DNA of 64,000 nucleotides from Mobula hypostoma (lineage: Eukaryota): assembly GCF_963921235.1 (NCBI RefSeq), contig NC_086097.1, positions 136,402,001 through 136,466,000 on the forward strand. Reading direction: 5' to 3'. Numbering within the stretch: the stretch's first letter is position 1; every line of letters begins with the position of its first letter. A program made the translations under genes and the position numbers. Under the pieces are notes generated by a model, which was given only the letters and a program-made list of their open reading frames with translations, ran no database searches and was not told the DNA's origin. This document shows positions 36,387 through 47,830 of this stretch, in pieces.

Positions 36387-37458
36387 TTAACAGAGGCTTG
36401 GAGCAGGCCTGACTGGGGTGTCTGAGAGAAAGTGGGGCGTTGAAAATGTGGGGGAGAAATGCTACTCTACGTTTGTTTCCCCACCCAGGATTGTGGTCAT
36501 GCCCGGGGATGAATGAAGGAAAGGAAGGCCTGGCAGTGCTGCACTCCTCGGGTGGGACAGGGGTTCTGGGTAGATTTTCCACTTGAGTCCAAATCCAGCA
36601 CAACGGCTGGGGAATTTAAATTCAGCTAATTAAATAAATTTGGCTAAAATTCAACTTTAATTATCATTCAACCATATATGAATACCCACAAGTACAGCCA
36701 AATGGAACAATGTTCCTCTGGGCCAAGGTGCAAAACATAGTACTAACTCTCATTCCCAGAATAAATTATATATAGCACATATAAGATAGCAGCAAAATTC
36801 ATAGTCACAGGAAAAAGCATATCATAGACCAAGTCCCTAGGGGATATGTCCTGTAAATTGATGGTGCATGGGTGGCAACAGCAAGAACAAGCAGCTCTCA
36901 GCAGTCTGCAGATGAATGTACGCACACATGCAATTCAGCTTGTCATTACGCCAATTGAACACTGGGGGCAGCACTGATGGGAGAGGTCCGCTCCCAACCC
37001 AGCATGGTTGCCACGCTACACCGCCTCAGATATCTCCTCTGCTGAACTGCAACAACAGGCAAGCTTGTGGCTTGAGGACTGGTCCTCACTACAACCGAGG
37101 CCATGCAGATCCCTCGCCGCCTGTCTCACCAATAAACAAGGGAAACGGACTTGCAGCATTTTACATTATCAGGGTCTTGTGATCGCAAGAGAAACATCCA
37201 AGACAATCACTCGCTGTTACAGTGCGCACTGCCTTCATGCATTGACTCTGATGTCTTCCTGGAGCAGGTAGTAACACGGTCCGTACCAGGTCCAGCTCCT
37301 CCACTCGTCCACCAACAAGCAGCTCGCTGATGGGGTAGACCTGTAGTTCCTGAATTTTTTAATTTCTAGCTTTGTCCTGCAATTGTAAAAAAAAGAAAAA
37401 CAACACTTTTGAATAGCCCCCGAGAGGTCCCTGTGTCGAAAAGCACTGCCATCTTACT

Positions 37459-37724
37459 TTTTTTTAAAGTGTGTGACACCAGACAGTCAGCCATTCCTAT
37501 CTGGCGTGTGGTGTCAGGATTGGTCTCCTTTCGGATTAACCAGGTCACGATACGAACGTTCCTGACTCAACCATTTTTTTTTTAACGAGGTCGAGTGGCT
37601 AGCTCGACGCTCAACCTGGCACGGATGGTGGGAAGTGTGCTCAGGGGGTGGCCCGACTTGGATTCGAACTCAGGAGCCTTCGTTCCGGAGTCCAGCGCTG
37701 ATGCCATTGTACCACCAGCTGGCC
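37459..37724 (-). mobile_element. Composite SINE: tRNA-like head, RTE-5'-like segment, A-rich linker, Vingi 5' end, Vingi 3' end, oligo(A)
   Basis: A box TGGTACAATGG and B box GAGTTCGAATCC; 37513-37572 matches 11542-11602; 37468-37497 matches 10319-10348; flanking direct repeat GCCATCTTACT at 37448-37458 and 37722-37732. Confidence 0.85.
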
Positions 37725-37855
37725 ATCTTACTGAAAGTGACAGTGACTGTAACTTTGAAACTCTAGGACTATTGAAAAACTATCTGGTTCAGTCATGTTC
37801 TTCAGGGAAGGGAGTCTACAGTCCTCGCCCAGCTTGGCTTTCATGTGAGCATCAC

Positions 37856-38197
37856 TGTGATACAGTGGGTAAAGCTGCTGCCCTACAGTTTGCAGAGACC
37901 CAAGTTCGATCCTGACCTCGGGCACTGTCTGTGTGAGGTCTGCATGTCCTTCCTGTGACTGTATGGATTTTCTCCAGATGCTCCAGGCTCCCCTTGCATC
38001 CCAAAAATGTGTGGATCGGAAAATGAATTGGCTGCTGTAAAATGCTCCAGTGTTGTATGTCAGAGGTAGAATCATGGAGATTCTGATGGGAATGTTGGGA
38101 GAATAAAATGGGATTGAGGTGGGATAGATGTAACTGGGCATTTGGTGGTCAGCACAGATTCGATGGGCCAAAGGGCCCAGCTCTGTGCTGTATGACC
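37856..38197 (+). mobile_element. HE1/V-SINE-like tRNA SINE
   Basis: Head with GTTCGATCCTGACCTCGGG, V-like domain, CR1-type tail GATGGGCCAAAGGGCC..CTGTGCTGTATGAC. Confidence 0.8.
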
Positions 38198-38429
38198 ACA
38201 GCAAGGATGTGACTCAGACCAAGAAATATGCTGAATCTTGACTACTTTCTCACATCAGGGAGCATCAGGGATGGAGATCATCCTGTAAATAAATAATTTT
38301 TTTAGAAGAATTTTAGCAATAAATCCAGTGTGAAATTCAAGGGTAGGTTCCTCCCCCAGATGGTGGACATGAATGTAGAGCCCCATAGCCATAATGGGAG
38401 GTCAGAAGGGGAGGAAGCTCTAACTCCAT

Positions 38430-39338
38430 CTACAGGTTTGCAGATAATACCATTGTAGTGGGTTGCGTATCAAATAACAATGATTCTAAGTACAGGATGG
38501 AGGCAAAGAGCTTAGTGACATGGTTTCATGACAACAACCTTTCTCTCAATGTCAATAAAACAAAAGAGCTTGTCAATGACTTCAGAAAAAGGGACTGTGC
38601 ACATGCTCCTGTCTACATCAACAGTGTTGGGGTTGAGTGGGTTGAGAACTTCAAGTCCCCAGGAGCGAACATCACCGATAGCCTGACCTGGTCCAATCAC
38701 GATGATGTCACAGGCAAGAAAGCTCACCAACACCTCTACTTCCTGAGGAGGCATAAGGAATTTAGTATGGCCTTGTTGACTTTTACCAATTTTTATGATG
38801 CACCATAGACGGCATTCTGTCTGGATGCAAAATGCCTCGGTGTGGCAGCCGCTCTGCACGTGACCACAAGAAGCTGCAGAATTGCGGACACAGCTCATCA
38901 CATCACCGGAATCAGCCCCGCCCTCCCCCCCCATGCCCCCGTGGACTCTGTCCATATTCTCACTGCTTCAGTAAAGCAGCCAGTATAATCAAAGATGCTA
39001 CCCTACCCAGACATTCTCTCTTCTCCCCTTCTCTCATTGAGCAGGAGATACAAAAGTCTGAAGGCATGTACCATCAGGCTCAAGGACAGCTTCTATCCTG
39101 CTGTTATTAGACTCTTGAAAGGACCTCTTCTACGATAAGGTGTACTCACAATTTACCTCGCTATAATCTTACACTTTATTGTTTACCTGAAAGGTTCCCT
39201 TTCAGTAGTTTTCACACTTCATTCTGCATTGTCATTGCTTTATCTTATTCAAGCTCAATGCATGGTGCAATGGTTTGATCTGTATAACAGTATGCAAACA
39301 ACCACCTTGGTACACGTGACATTAATACACCAACACCA
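38430..39338 (+). mobile_element. Rex1/Babar-like LINE RT to 3' end, degenerate
   Basis: RFADNTIVVGCVSNNNDSKYR..LVTWFHDNNLSLNVNKTKELVNDFRK..KKAHQHLYFLRR. Confidence 0.87.
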
Positions 39339-42300
39339 GTACGTGAGTCAGTGAAAACGTTTTACAGTAAAGTTGTCTCTAGTCGTATTGTCACCAAGGA
39401 AAACAATGTCAGTCAACCTCACAGCTGATATCCCACTCCCTGAAATCACTTTGGTAAATCTTTTCTCCAGACCCATCACATCTGCCTACTGCATACGTCC
39501 ACAGTTTGCTTGGGTTCTAATAGAATAATTGATGAGATCTCTTCTCACTACTACTATTAGGCAGGAGGTACAGGGGCCTTAGATCCCATATCACTGGGTT
39601 CAGGAACTTTACAATCATCAGATTCCTGAACTGACATGGATAACTTCATTCACCACAAACTGAACTTATTCCACAACATACAGACTCAATTTCAAACACT
39701 CCACAACTCATATTCTCAGTTTTTTTTTATTTGCGAAATTTGTCTTCTTTTGCACGGTTGTTTGTCAGTCTTTGTTTGTGTATAGTTTTGTTTTTATAAT
39801 TTTATTACATTTCCGTATTTTCCTGTAAATTCTTGTAAGAAAATGAATCATCTCAAGATAGCTTATGGTGACATATACATACTTCGATAACAATGTACTT
39901 AGACATTGACCTTGATTTTATGTTCCCACAGACAGGGCAGTGGGTAGGCTAACGCAAATGGATAAAACAGAACTGTGAAATAAGAGCTTTAGGTGATACG
40001 AATGGAACAGATTTAACCAGTGCAGTTTTATAGATTTTATACAGTAGTAAAAACAAACAGGCCTTGGGCCCATCTGTTCCATTCTGGTATTTCTATGCCT
40101 CAATAGCCCTCTCTGTCTCCCTCAATTCATCATCTCCTGCTGTTTCTTTACGCCTCTTGTGATACAGAGTCTCCTCTTAAACCCATCTCTGTCACTAAAC
40201 CCAACTCCTCCCCATACAAGGAAAGAATTCCTCGCGTTGTCACTTCTCATTATTGAGAGTTACCCACAGCTGGAAGCAACGCCTCCACATCTGTCCTAGC
40301 CAACCCCAGAGCCCTGAAATAGTCTTGACTAAAGGGATGTCAACAGTCCCTTTGTCTCCACAGATGTTTCTCGACATGCAGAGATCCTCCTGCCATTTCT
40401 GTTTTGCTCCAATTTCAAAATCTTCCAATATGATAGCAAACATTTAAAAAATAATTTCTGTTTTTATATTAAAGCAGAACAGCGCAGAAGTGTAGTGGTT
40501 AGTGGAATCTCCCTTTAAAATTGCTCCACCCAAACAGGATTGAAGCTGTTCTCTGGTGCTACAAGGGAGCAGCTCAACTGAATGTGTCACTTTGTGACCG
40601 AGTGTTACCAGAAATTTCTGTTTAAATTTCATGTTTCTAGCATCTGCAGCTTTCTGCTTTTTAAACATTAATCAATGCCAGTCTGAAACTTCTAATTATC
40701 CCTGATCTCAGCTAGTTTTTTTGGGGAAAGAGATCTTGCCCCCTAACTTTGTGTGGGGAAAGTCTTCTGATAACATCTCTGAATGCGCGGGTTCGAAGTT
40801 GTTGATTCTTTCTTTAGTTCTGGACTCCGAATGACCAGAGGAAGCAGTTTTCTTTGATCAACCTGATCAGATCTATTAATCTTCTTAAATACTTTAATTG
40901 AATCGATCCCATAACTTCTCACAACTTCTCTTCTCGTGACTCATCCAGTTAATGGGTTCAGCAATAGTAGAACTAAAGAAAATATGATCTTCACTTGTAA
41001 CGTGCAGATTGAAACATCGAAACATACAGTGAAGTGCATTGTCTACATCAAATCAAGTCAGCGAGGATTGTGCTGGGCAGCCCACAAGAGTCACAGGGCT
41101 TCTGGAGCCAACGTGACCTGCCCACAATTTACTAAACTTAACTCATACATTATTGAAATGAGAGAGGGAACCAAAGCATCTGAGGAAACCCACACAGTCA
41201 TGGTACTGCCTCACATATCAGTGATCCAGGTTAAATTCTGACCTCTGGTGTTGTCTGTGTGGAGTTTGCATGTTCGTATTCTTCTTTCAACCATGCAGAT
41301 CTCCCCTGGGTCCCCTGGTTTCCTCTCTCAACCCAACAACGTGCAGGTTGATCAGTGTAGGGGGAGGGAGTTATTGGGAATGTGAGGAATAGATTTTCGG
41401 AGAGTGGGAGTACCTTGTGATCTAACACTGACTTGAAGGGCCAAATTGCCTCCTGTGTTTTCAGGAACTATGGAAATGTATGGAAGAGATAGTGGTGTGG
41501 GGATATAGGAATGCACTGTGGTGAGTCTGAGGTGGGGAATAGTTTTATTTGCATTATCAATCAAAATTTGTTAAGTGACGGCACCGGAAGCTACAGAACA
41601 AGGTGGGTTATTGAAACTGATGTTCAGATTGGCCAAACTAATTGAATGATGGTTCAGTCCCTCGGGGCAGAATGTCAATACAAATAGCCAGCTCTGGTAA
41701 CCCAAACTTGCACCTCGTGGATGGAGTACAAGGTGGACTGACTGAGCTACAGCATCTGATCAGAATTTATAAAACAAGTCCGCGGGAGTGTGAAATCGCT
41801 GGCGCTAAGCCACTTGGGAACGCCAGGACGGAGCCCGAGGAGACACTTGGGGTTGCACTCTCTCTCTTGGGGTAGCTGCATCCCAGATGTTAGACGGGTG
41901 CACGTATCTCTGGGCACTGGAGTCAACCCACACTGGCCTGACGCTGCAGGCCCCGGTAACTCTGTAGACAAACTTGGAGAGCTCCCAACTGTGGAACTAA
42001 ATCTTTCCCCTTGACAGGTAAATTGGGGACCAGTGACAGTGAGGCTGGAAATTAAACCCCCAGCTCATTGTCCTAAAAACATTTTGCTTCATCAGCTCTA
42101 CAGTGTCCTTTGCAGAAACACATTCACGGAGAGACACAGCACAGAAATGGGTCCTTCAGCCCGCCAAGGTCTTGCTGACCCCCAACCACCCTTTTACTCT
42201 AAACTCACACCAACCCCATTTTGTTCCCCTACCCCCACCCCCCGATTTTACCACTCTCCTATACACTTAAGGTAATTTACAGTGGCCAATTAATCCACCG

Positions 42301-43964
42301 ACGCACGTCTTTGGGATGTGGGAGGAACGTGGAGCATTCAGGGAAACCCACATTGTCACTGGGAGAACGTGCTAAGCTCCTGGACCTGAACCTCTAGACT
42401 CCTAGATCGCCTAGCCCCCTCCTCGGCAGATAGAATGCATATTGTGCGATCTCTATCCCCAAGGATGAGGCCACGTTCATCGGAAGCAGCAGGAACCATG
42501 GCGGGCACGCGCTTTGAAAGTGCGTACAATTACCAGGTCAGACAGAAAGGCCTTTCACATTTCATCTGATTCAGAGAGGTCACCGGATGTGACCTTGCCC
42601 TTCACAGTACGAGGCAAGGGATGTGGACTGCGCAGCTGTGGCTGGTCTGATGCACACTCGCTGCATTTTGATCTCAACAAAGTCCCTTTCATAGAAGCTG
42701 GAGTTAATGTGGAAGATATTCTAGAGGTACATATGTAACTCATTGTGGCAACATAAATTAATTCAGTCTACAGCTCTCAATAATTGAAAGCACATCTGCA
42801 GTAGGTATCGCCTAAATGAGGCAATCCTAATGGTGTCATTGAAAACTTTTAATGATACTTCAGTTACATATCGCATTCACAAAGGTGCTTTCAGTGATCT
42901 CATCTCTGAATCTACAGACTTTAAAGCAGAAATCCAATAACATAGCAAACATTAACCTATTCCAATCCTGCAGCCTCTGAGAGCATTGAAATCCCCGACC
43001 ATCACCTCTTGTATCTCCATCTGACCTCTTCGGACAGCAGAGATGGGCAGCTAGCAGAGCCCCAGTGGCTCTGCTTCGATTCTGACTTCCGGCGTGGAGT
43101 TTCCATGTTCTCCCTGTGCCACTGGCTTTCCTCTGGTTGCTCCGGTTTCCATCCGCACCCCAAAGGTTTACGAGTGGGTTGGTTAATTGCCCTGGTGTGT
43201 GGGTGAATGGTGGGATCTGACACTGTTCATGGGGATGTAGGGGAGAATAAGGCCAGTTAGTGTAGATAACCTTTCCTAGTAACCCCACCCTTACAGTATG
43301 TTCTCCAGACATTGCCCCTTCATGGTGGGGGTACCCGACCTTGAAGACCCACACCTCAAGGTTCAACAGTCGGCTTTTCCTCACTGCCATCAGGTTCCTG
43401 AACATAGCTGAAAAACCCCAACACTACATCAGACTATATTTATTTCTCTCTCTTTCAACTTGCATGATGTTTATTTAATTCTGTAATTTATGTTTATTTA
43501 TTACGTTTGCCTTGTTTGTAATGTTCTGTGCTGCTGCTTCTGCAAAAAGCTAGCTTTCGTGGCATTTACACCCAGGATAATAAACCCAGGTTTGGCCTGA
43601 AACCTCCCCCATGATTCACGGTGCTTCCGTGTGCCGCACAAAGGAGCTTTGGCTGGAACCCAAACGCGTTCCCTGTCCTGATATTCCGTTGGTTCTCTGT
43701 GTGAAAGTTGCCCCTCTGGATGAAGAGCGTTGTGATGCAAAGTATCCATGGATATCACTTGCATCAAGTTTTACTACACACCGGGATTGGGAGTAGCCCA
43801 GGCGTGGGACACGGAAGCAGTGCAAACCAGACGCATGAGCCTCTCACCCAGAGTTGGATCAAGGGTCCGCTGTTACCTGACTGAGAATCCAAGCTGCTGA
43901 GCTTCTTATGTTTGCGCAAGAATGGCAGATGCTGGAATCTAAAGCAACACACAACACACAAGGG

Positions 43965-45735
43965 AGGGAGGAGAAGATGGCGGCGTGATGCAGCGCGCGC
44001 GGCCGTTCCGAATGAATATCCATTATATGTAACTAGGGGCCGTGCACAATCCGGATTTGATGGAGACAACCGTGAGAAGCACAGAGGAAGACCTAGAGTA
44101 GCTTCTGAAATGCCTGCTTCGCTACCATTGCTACTGTGCGATCGCAAATCTCCGGAGACAAAGGCCCCAAATCCTCGGCTTTGCGTATCACCTGTTGCCG
44201 GGGCCAGGGTCGAAACGCTCGGCAGAGATGGTGCTCAGTGCTCAGTGTCGAAGAGGTGGTCGGAGGCTTGGAGTTCTTCGGACAGACTCGGAGTCGGACT
44301 GTGGTCGGATGCTTCCGGGATGCTGCATCGGCAAGTTGGCGGCACTGGAGGTTTACCGTCTGCGTGAGGTGATGGGACTTTCGAGAGACTTTGAGACTTT
44401 TTTTTTAAATCTTTTTATTGAGTAAGTATACAAAAAAGGTAAGCCATATAAACCTTAATACAATGTTAAAGTATAATAAAATTCCAAAAGATAACAATAC
44501 CAGAAAGAAAATACTACAAACAATGTAATTTAAGCATAAGAAACCAAAATAACATAATAGTATACTAGATTTTATATATATCAATGGAAAAAAAAGAAAA
44601 AAAAAACCCCAAAAAAAAACCCACCGTGCAACTAACTAAAAGCAAAGCAAAGCAATGGGCTAACTTGAAACCAAACAGAGTTAAACTTAAAATCACGTCC
44701 TCAATCCCGACCTCCATTAAAACAGTGAAAAAAAAACAAGAAGGGTAAATATTACATTAAATGAAAATATCGAATAAAAGGTCCCCAAATCTGTTCAAAT
44801 TTAAATGAAGAATCATGAAGGTTACTTCTAATTTTCTCCAGATTCAAACATAAAATCGTCTGAGAAAACCAAAAAAAGGTAGTTGGAGCATTAAGCTCTT
44901 TCCAATGTTGTAAAATACATCTTTTCGCCATTAAAGTAAGAAATGCAATCATTCTACGGGCTGAAGGGGAAAGATTACTAGAAATTTTAGGTAGTCCAAA
45001 GATAGCAGTAATAGGGTGAGGAGAGATATCTATATTTAATACCTTAGAAATAATATTGAAAATATCTCTCCAAAAAGTTTCCAAAGTAGGGCAAGACCAA
45101 AACATATGAGTTAAAGAGGCTATCTGCCCCGAACATCTATCACAGAAAGGATTAATATGCGAGTAAAAACGCGCTAACTTATCTTTGGACATATGTGCTC
45201 TATGCACCACTTTAAATTGAATTAGGGAATGTTTAGCACAAATAGAAGAAGTATTAACTAATTGTAAAATCTGCCCCCAATCATCCACAGAAATGGTAAG
45301 CCCCAATTCCTGTTCCCAATCTACCCTAATCTTATCAAATGGAGCTTTCCTGAGTTTCATAATAATATTATAAATCATAGCCGATGCACCTTTCTGACAT
45401 GGATTAAGGTTAATTATCGAATCTAAAATATATATAGGAGGAAGCATTGGAAAGGAAGGAAGTATAGTACTTAGAAAATTTCTAACTTGTAAATATCTAA
45501 AAAAATGTATTCTTGATAGGTTAGAGACTTTTACCGTGCCATGGTCTGTTCTTATCAAATTATGGTATTGCTTTGCGCTGTTGTAACTATATGTTATAAT
45601 TATGTGGTTTTTGTTAGTTTTTAAGTCGGTTTGTCATGTGTTTTTGTAATATCATTCTGGGAAAATATTGTATCATTTCTTAATGCATGCATTACTAAAT
45701 GACAATAAAAGGGGACTGCGTGACTTCATAATCAT
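43965..45735 (+). mobile_element. Non-coding retroposon, copy 4, split by an L1 insertion (pieces 43965-44401 and 45524-45735)
   Basis: Same 5' GGAGGAGAAGATGGCGGCG and 3' CATAATC ends; family sequence resumes at TTACCGTGCCATGG after the L1; embedded in a minus-strand Penelope-derived repeat. Confidence 0.88.
44402..45523 (-). mobile_element. L1-clade LINE 3' fragment (ORF2 C-terminus, 3' UTR, poly(A))
   Basis: HFFRYLQVRNF..WEQELG..LIQFKVVHRAH..CDRCSGQIASLTHMFWSCP..ILQHWK..LNLEKI; AATAAA plus A tail; TSD GAGACTTTT at 44393-44401 and 45524-45532. Confidence 0.92.
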
Positions 45736-45980
45736 AAACATAGATGATGGAGGAACTCAGTGGGTCAGACAGCATCTGTGGAGGGAAATAGACTGTTGAT
45801 GTATTGGGTCCAGATCCTTCATTAAGAGCATTTTCCATTTTACCTGTATATACATTCTCTCGTGCATCTGGAAAGAGAACACTTGACTTCATCCAGATGT
45901 TCCTTTCTCTCCACAGATGCTGCCTGACCTGTTGAATTCCCCAAGCATTTTGTTTCTTGATCTTTTGGTAATTTCCCTAT

Positions 45981-46280
45981 TGGTGGCACAGTGGTGCAGA
46001 TACTGGAGCCACTGCCTCAACTCCAGTGACCTGATTTCTATCACAAGCTCCAACACCATCCATCCATGGAGTTGGTATGTTCTCCCTGTAGCTGTGTTGG
46101 TTTCCCTTGGGTGCTCCACTTTCCTCCCACACCCAAAGGCTTGTGGTTCAATGGGCTAAATGGCCAATGTGAATTGCCTCCAGTGTGCGAGTGAGGGGTA
46201 GAATCACTGGGGAGTTGAAGAGGATTGCAGGGAATGAAATAGGTTGGAGGAGCGTGAATGGGTTTTGATGGTCATCCGAA
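45981..46280 (+). mobile_element. HE1/V-SINE-like tRNA SINE
   Basis: GGTGGCACAGTGGTGCAG head and GGAGTTGGTATGTTCTCCCTGT..GGGTGCTCCACTTTCCTCCCACACCCAAAG domain. Confidence 0.75.
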
Positions 46281-46494
46281 AACCAATTTTCCCTGGGATT
46301 AATAAAGTATGACTATGACTATGACTATGATTACTGAGTTTCTCCAGCATTTTGTAGCTGTTGCTCAAGATTTCCAGCATCTGCAGAGTCACTTGTGTCT
46401 CTGTTCTTGGCACTTGTTCCCTCAGTTTAACGGCAGCCATGGCTACCCAGTATAAGATAGCCCACAGGCTTGGCTTAGTGGGGGGGGGGGGTGA

Positions 46495-46775
46495 CGCAAG
46501 TGACAAAGTAGCGTGGCAGTTGGCACCGCTCTGTGTAGTCCAGTGACCCAGGTGCCACTCCTGCCACTGCCTGTGAGGGGTTTGTATGTTCTCCCCGTGA
46601 CCATGTGGGTTTCCTCTGGGCATCCCGATTTCCTCCCACAGTCCAATGGCCTACTGTTTGGTGGGTTGATCAGTCATTGTGAATTACCCCACGATTAGGA
46701 TGAGGCTAAATCGGGGGTGGCTGGGCCAGATTCATGCTGTATCTCAATAAATTAAAAATAAATAAATAAATAAAC
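46495..46775 (+). mobile_element. V-domain-type SINE with (AAAT)n tail
   Basis: TTTGTATGTTCTCCCCGTGACCATGTGGGTTTCCTCTGGG domain; GCTGTATCTCAATAAA..AAATAAATAAATAAA tail. Confidence 0.72.
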
Positions 46776-47304
46776 CTGGCTAGACAAGATAAATGAAGAT
46801 TAATCTATATCTTTCAAATTGATTTAGAATTTTTTACATTCTTTACTTAATTAGTTATTAAATTATTTAATTTAAACTATGTATTTAGATTGTTAACTAT
46901 TTAACTTGACCCTATTGGTTTCAGTGACTGATGTAAGCATTATTTGGAAAGCTCTTTAACAGCAAGGTTTGTGAAGGAGCATCAAGTCAGCCCAGGGGCG
47001 GAGCTTCGAGATTCTCAGCCTGACACCTCATTGGTTCACCCAACCAACTCCATGTTGAGGGACAGCATGTCAGTAAGGGCTCTAACTCTTTTCTGCGGTG
47101 GGAGATGATCAGCTTGGCTGGGAAAATACATGGGTGACGGGGCAAATTCAATGTGAGGGTCCAGCCAAACAGATAATTTTCTCCACTCTTGCTCCTTAAT
47201 GTTTTAAACGCCTTCACTAGATCACAACTTAATATTCTCAAACCGAGGGAATTTGAACTTTTCTGCACAATCACACGCCACAAGTTAACCATATAGGCCA
47301 AAGA

Positions 47305-47830
47305 CCACACTTTGAGTCTTGTGAGTGGTTTTGGGCCCCTTAATTAAGAAAAGATGCACTGGCATTGGAGAGGGTCCACAAGAATGATTCTGGGAATGAA
47401 AGGGTTAACATATGAGGAGCACTGGATGACCCTGGGCCTGTACTCATTGAAGTTTAGATGAATGAGGGGGGATCTCATTGAAGCCTATCGAATATTGAAA
47501 AGCCTAAAGAGAATAAATGTGGGGAGAATGTTTCCTATAGTGGGTGAATCTAGCCTTAGAATAGAGGGACACAAATTCAGTACAGAGATAACGATGTTTT
47601 TAGCCTGAAGATGGTAAAACTGTGGAACTCAATGCCACAGATGGCCAAGAAGGCCATGTCGTTGAGTACACTTAAAGCAGAGGTTGACAGGTTCTTGATT
47701 AGTCAGGACATCGAAGGTTATGGGAAGAAGGCCGGAGAATGGGGTTGAGATGGATAAGCAATCAACCGTGCTGGAATGGCAAAGCAGACGTAGTTGTTTA
47801 AGTGGTCTAGTTCTGCTCCTATATCTTATT
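47305..47830 (+). mobile_element. CR1 LINE 3' fragment
   Basis: TTTTGGGCCCCTTAA..GCATTGGAGAGGGTCCA..GAATGAGGGGGGATCTCATTGAA; colinear with 13657-14024. Confidence 0.82.

Noticed and set aside
37650..37724. tRNA gene on the minus strand
   Set aside because: A and B boxes are present but the anticodon arm does not pair, and it continues into a SINE body within a TSD.
41642..42020. Overlapping short ORFs in a GC-richer patch
   Set aside because: All under 80 aa, with no motifs and no consistent splice structure.
44752..45558. 268-aa ORF as a standalone gene
   Set aside because: It is an L1 ORF2 C-terminus. The first ~11 residues come from the host repeat across the insertion junction.
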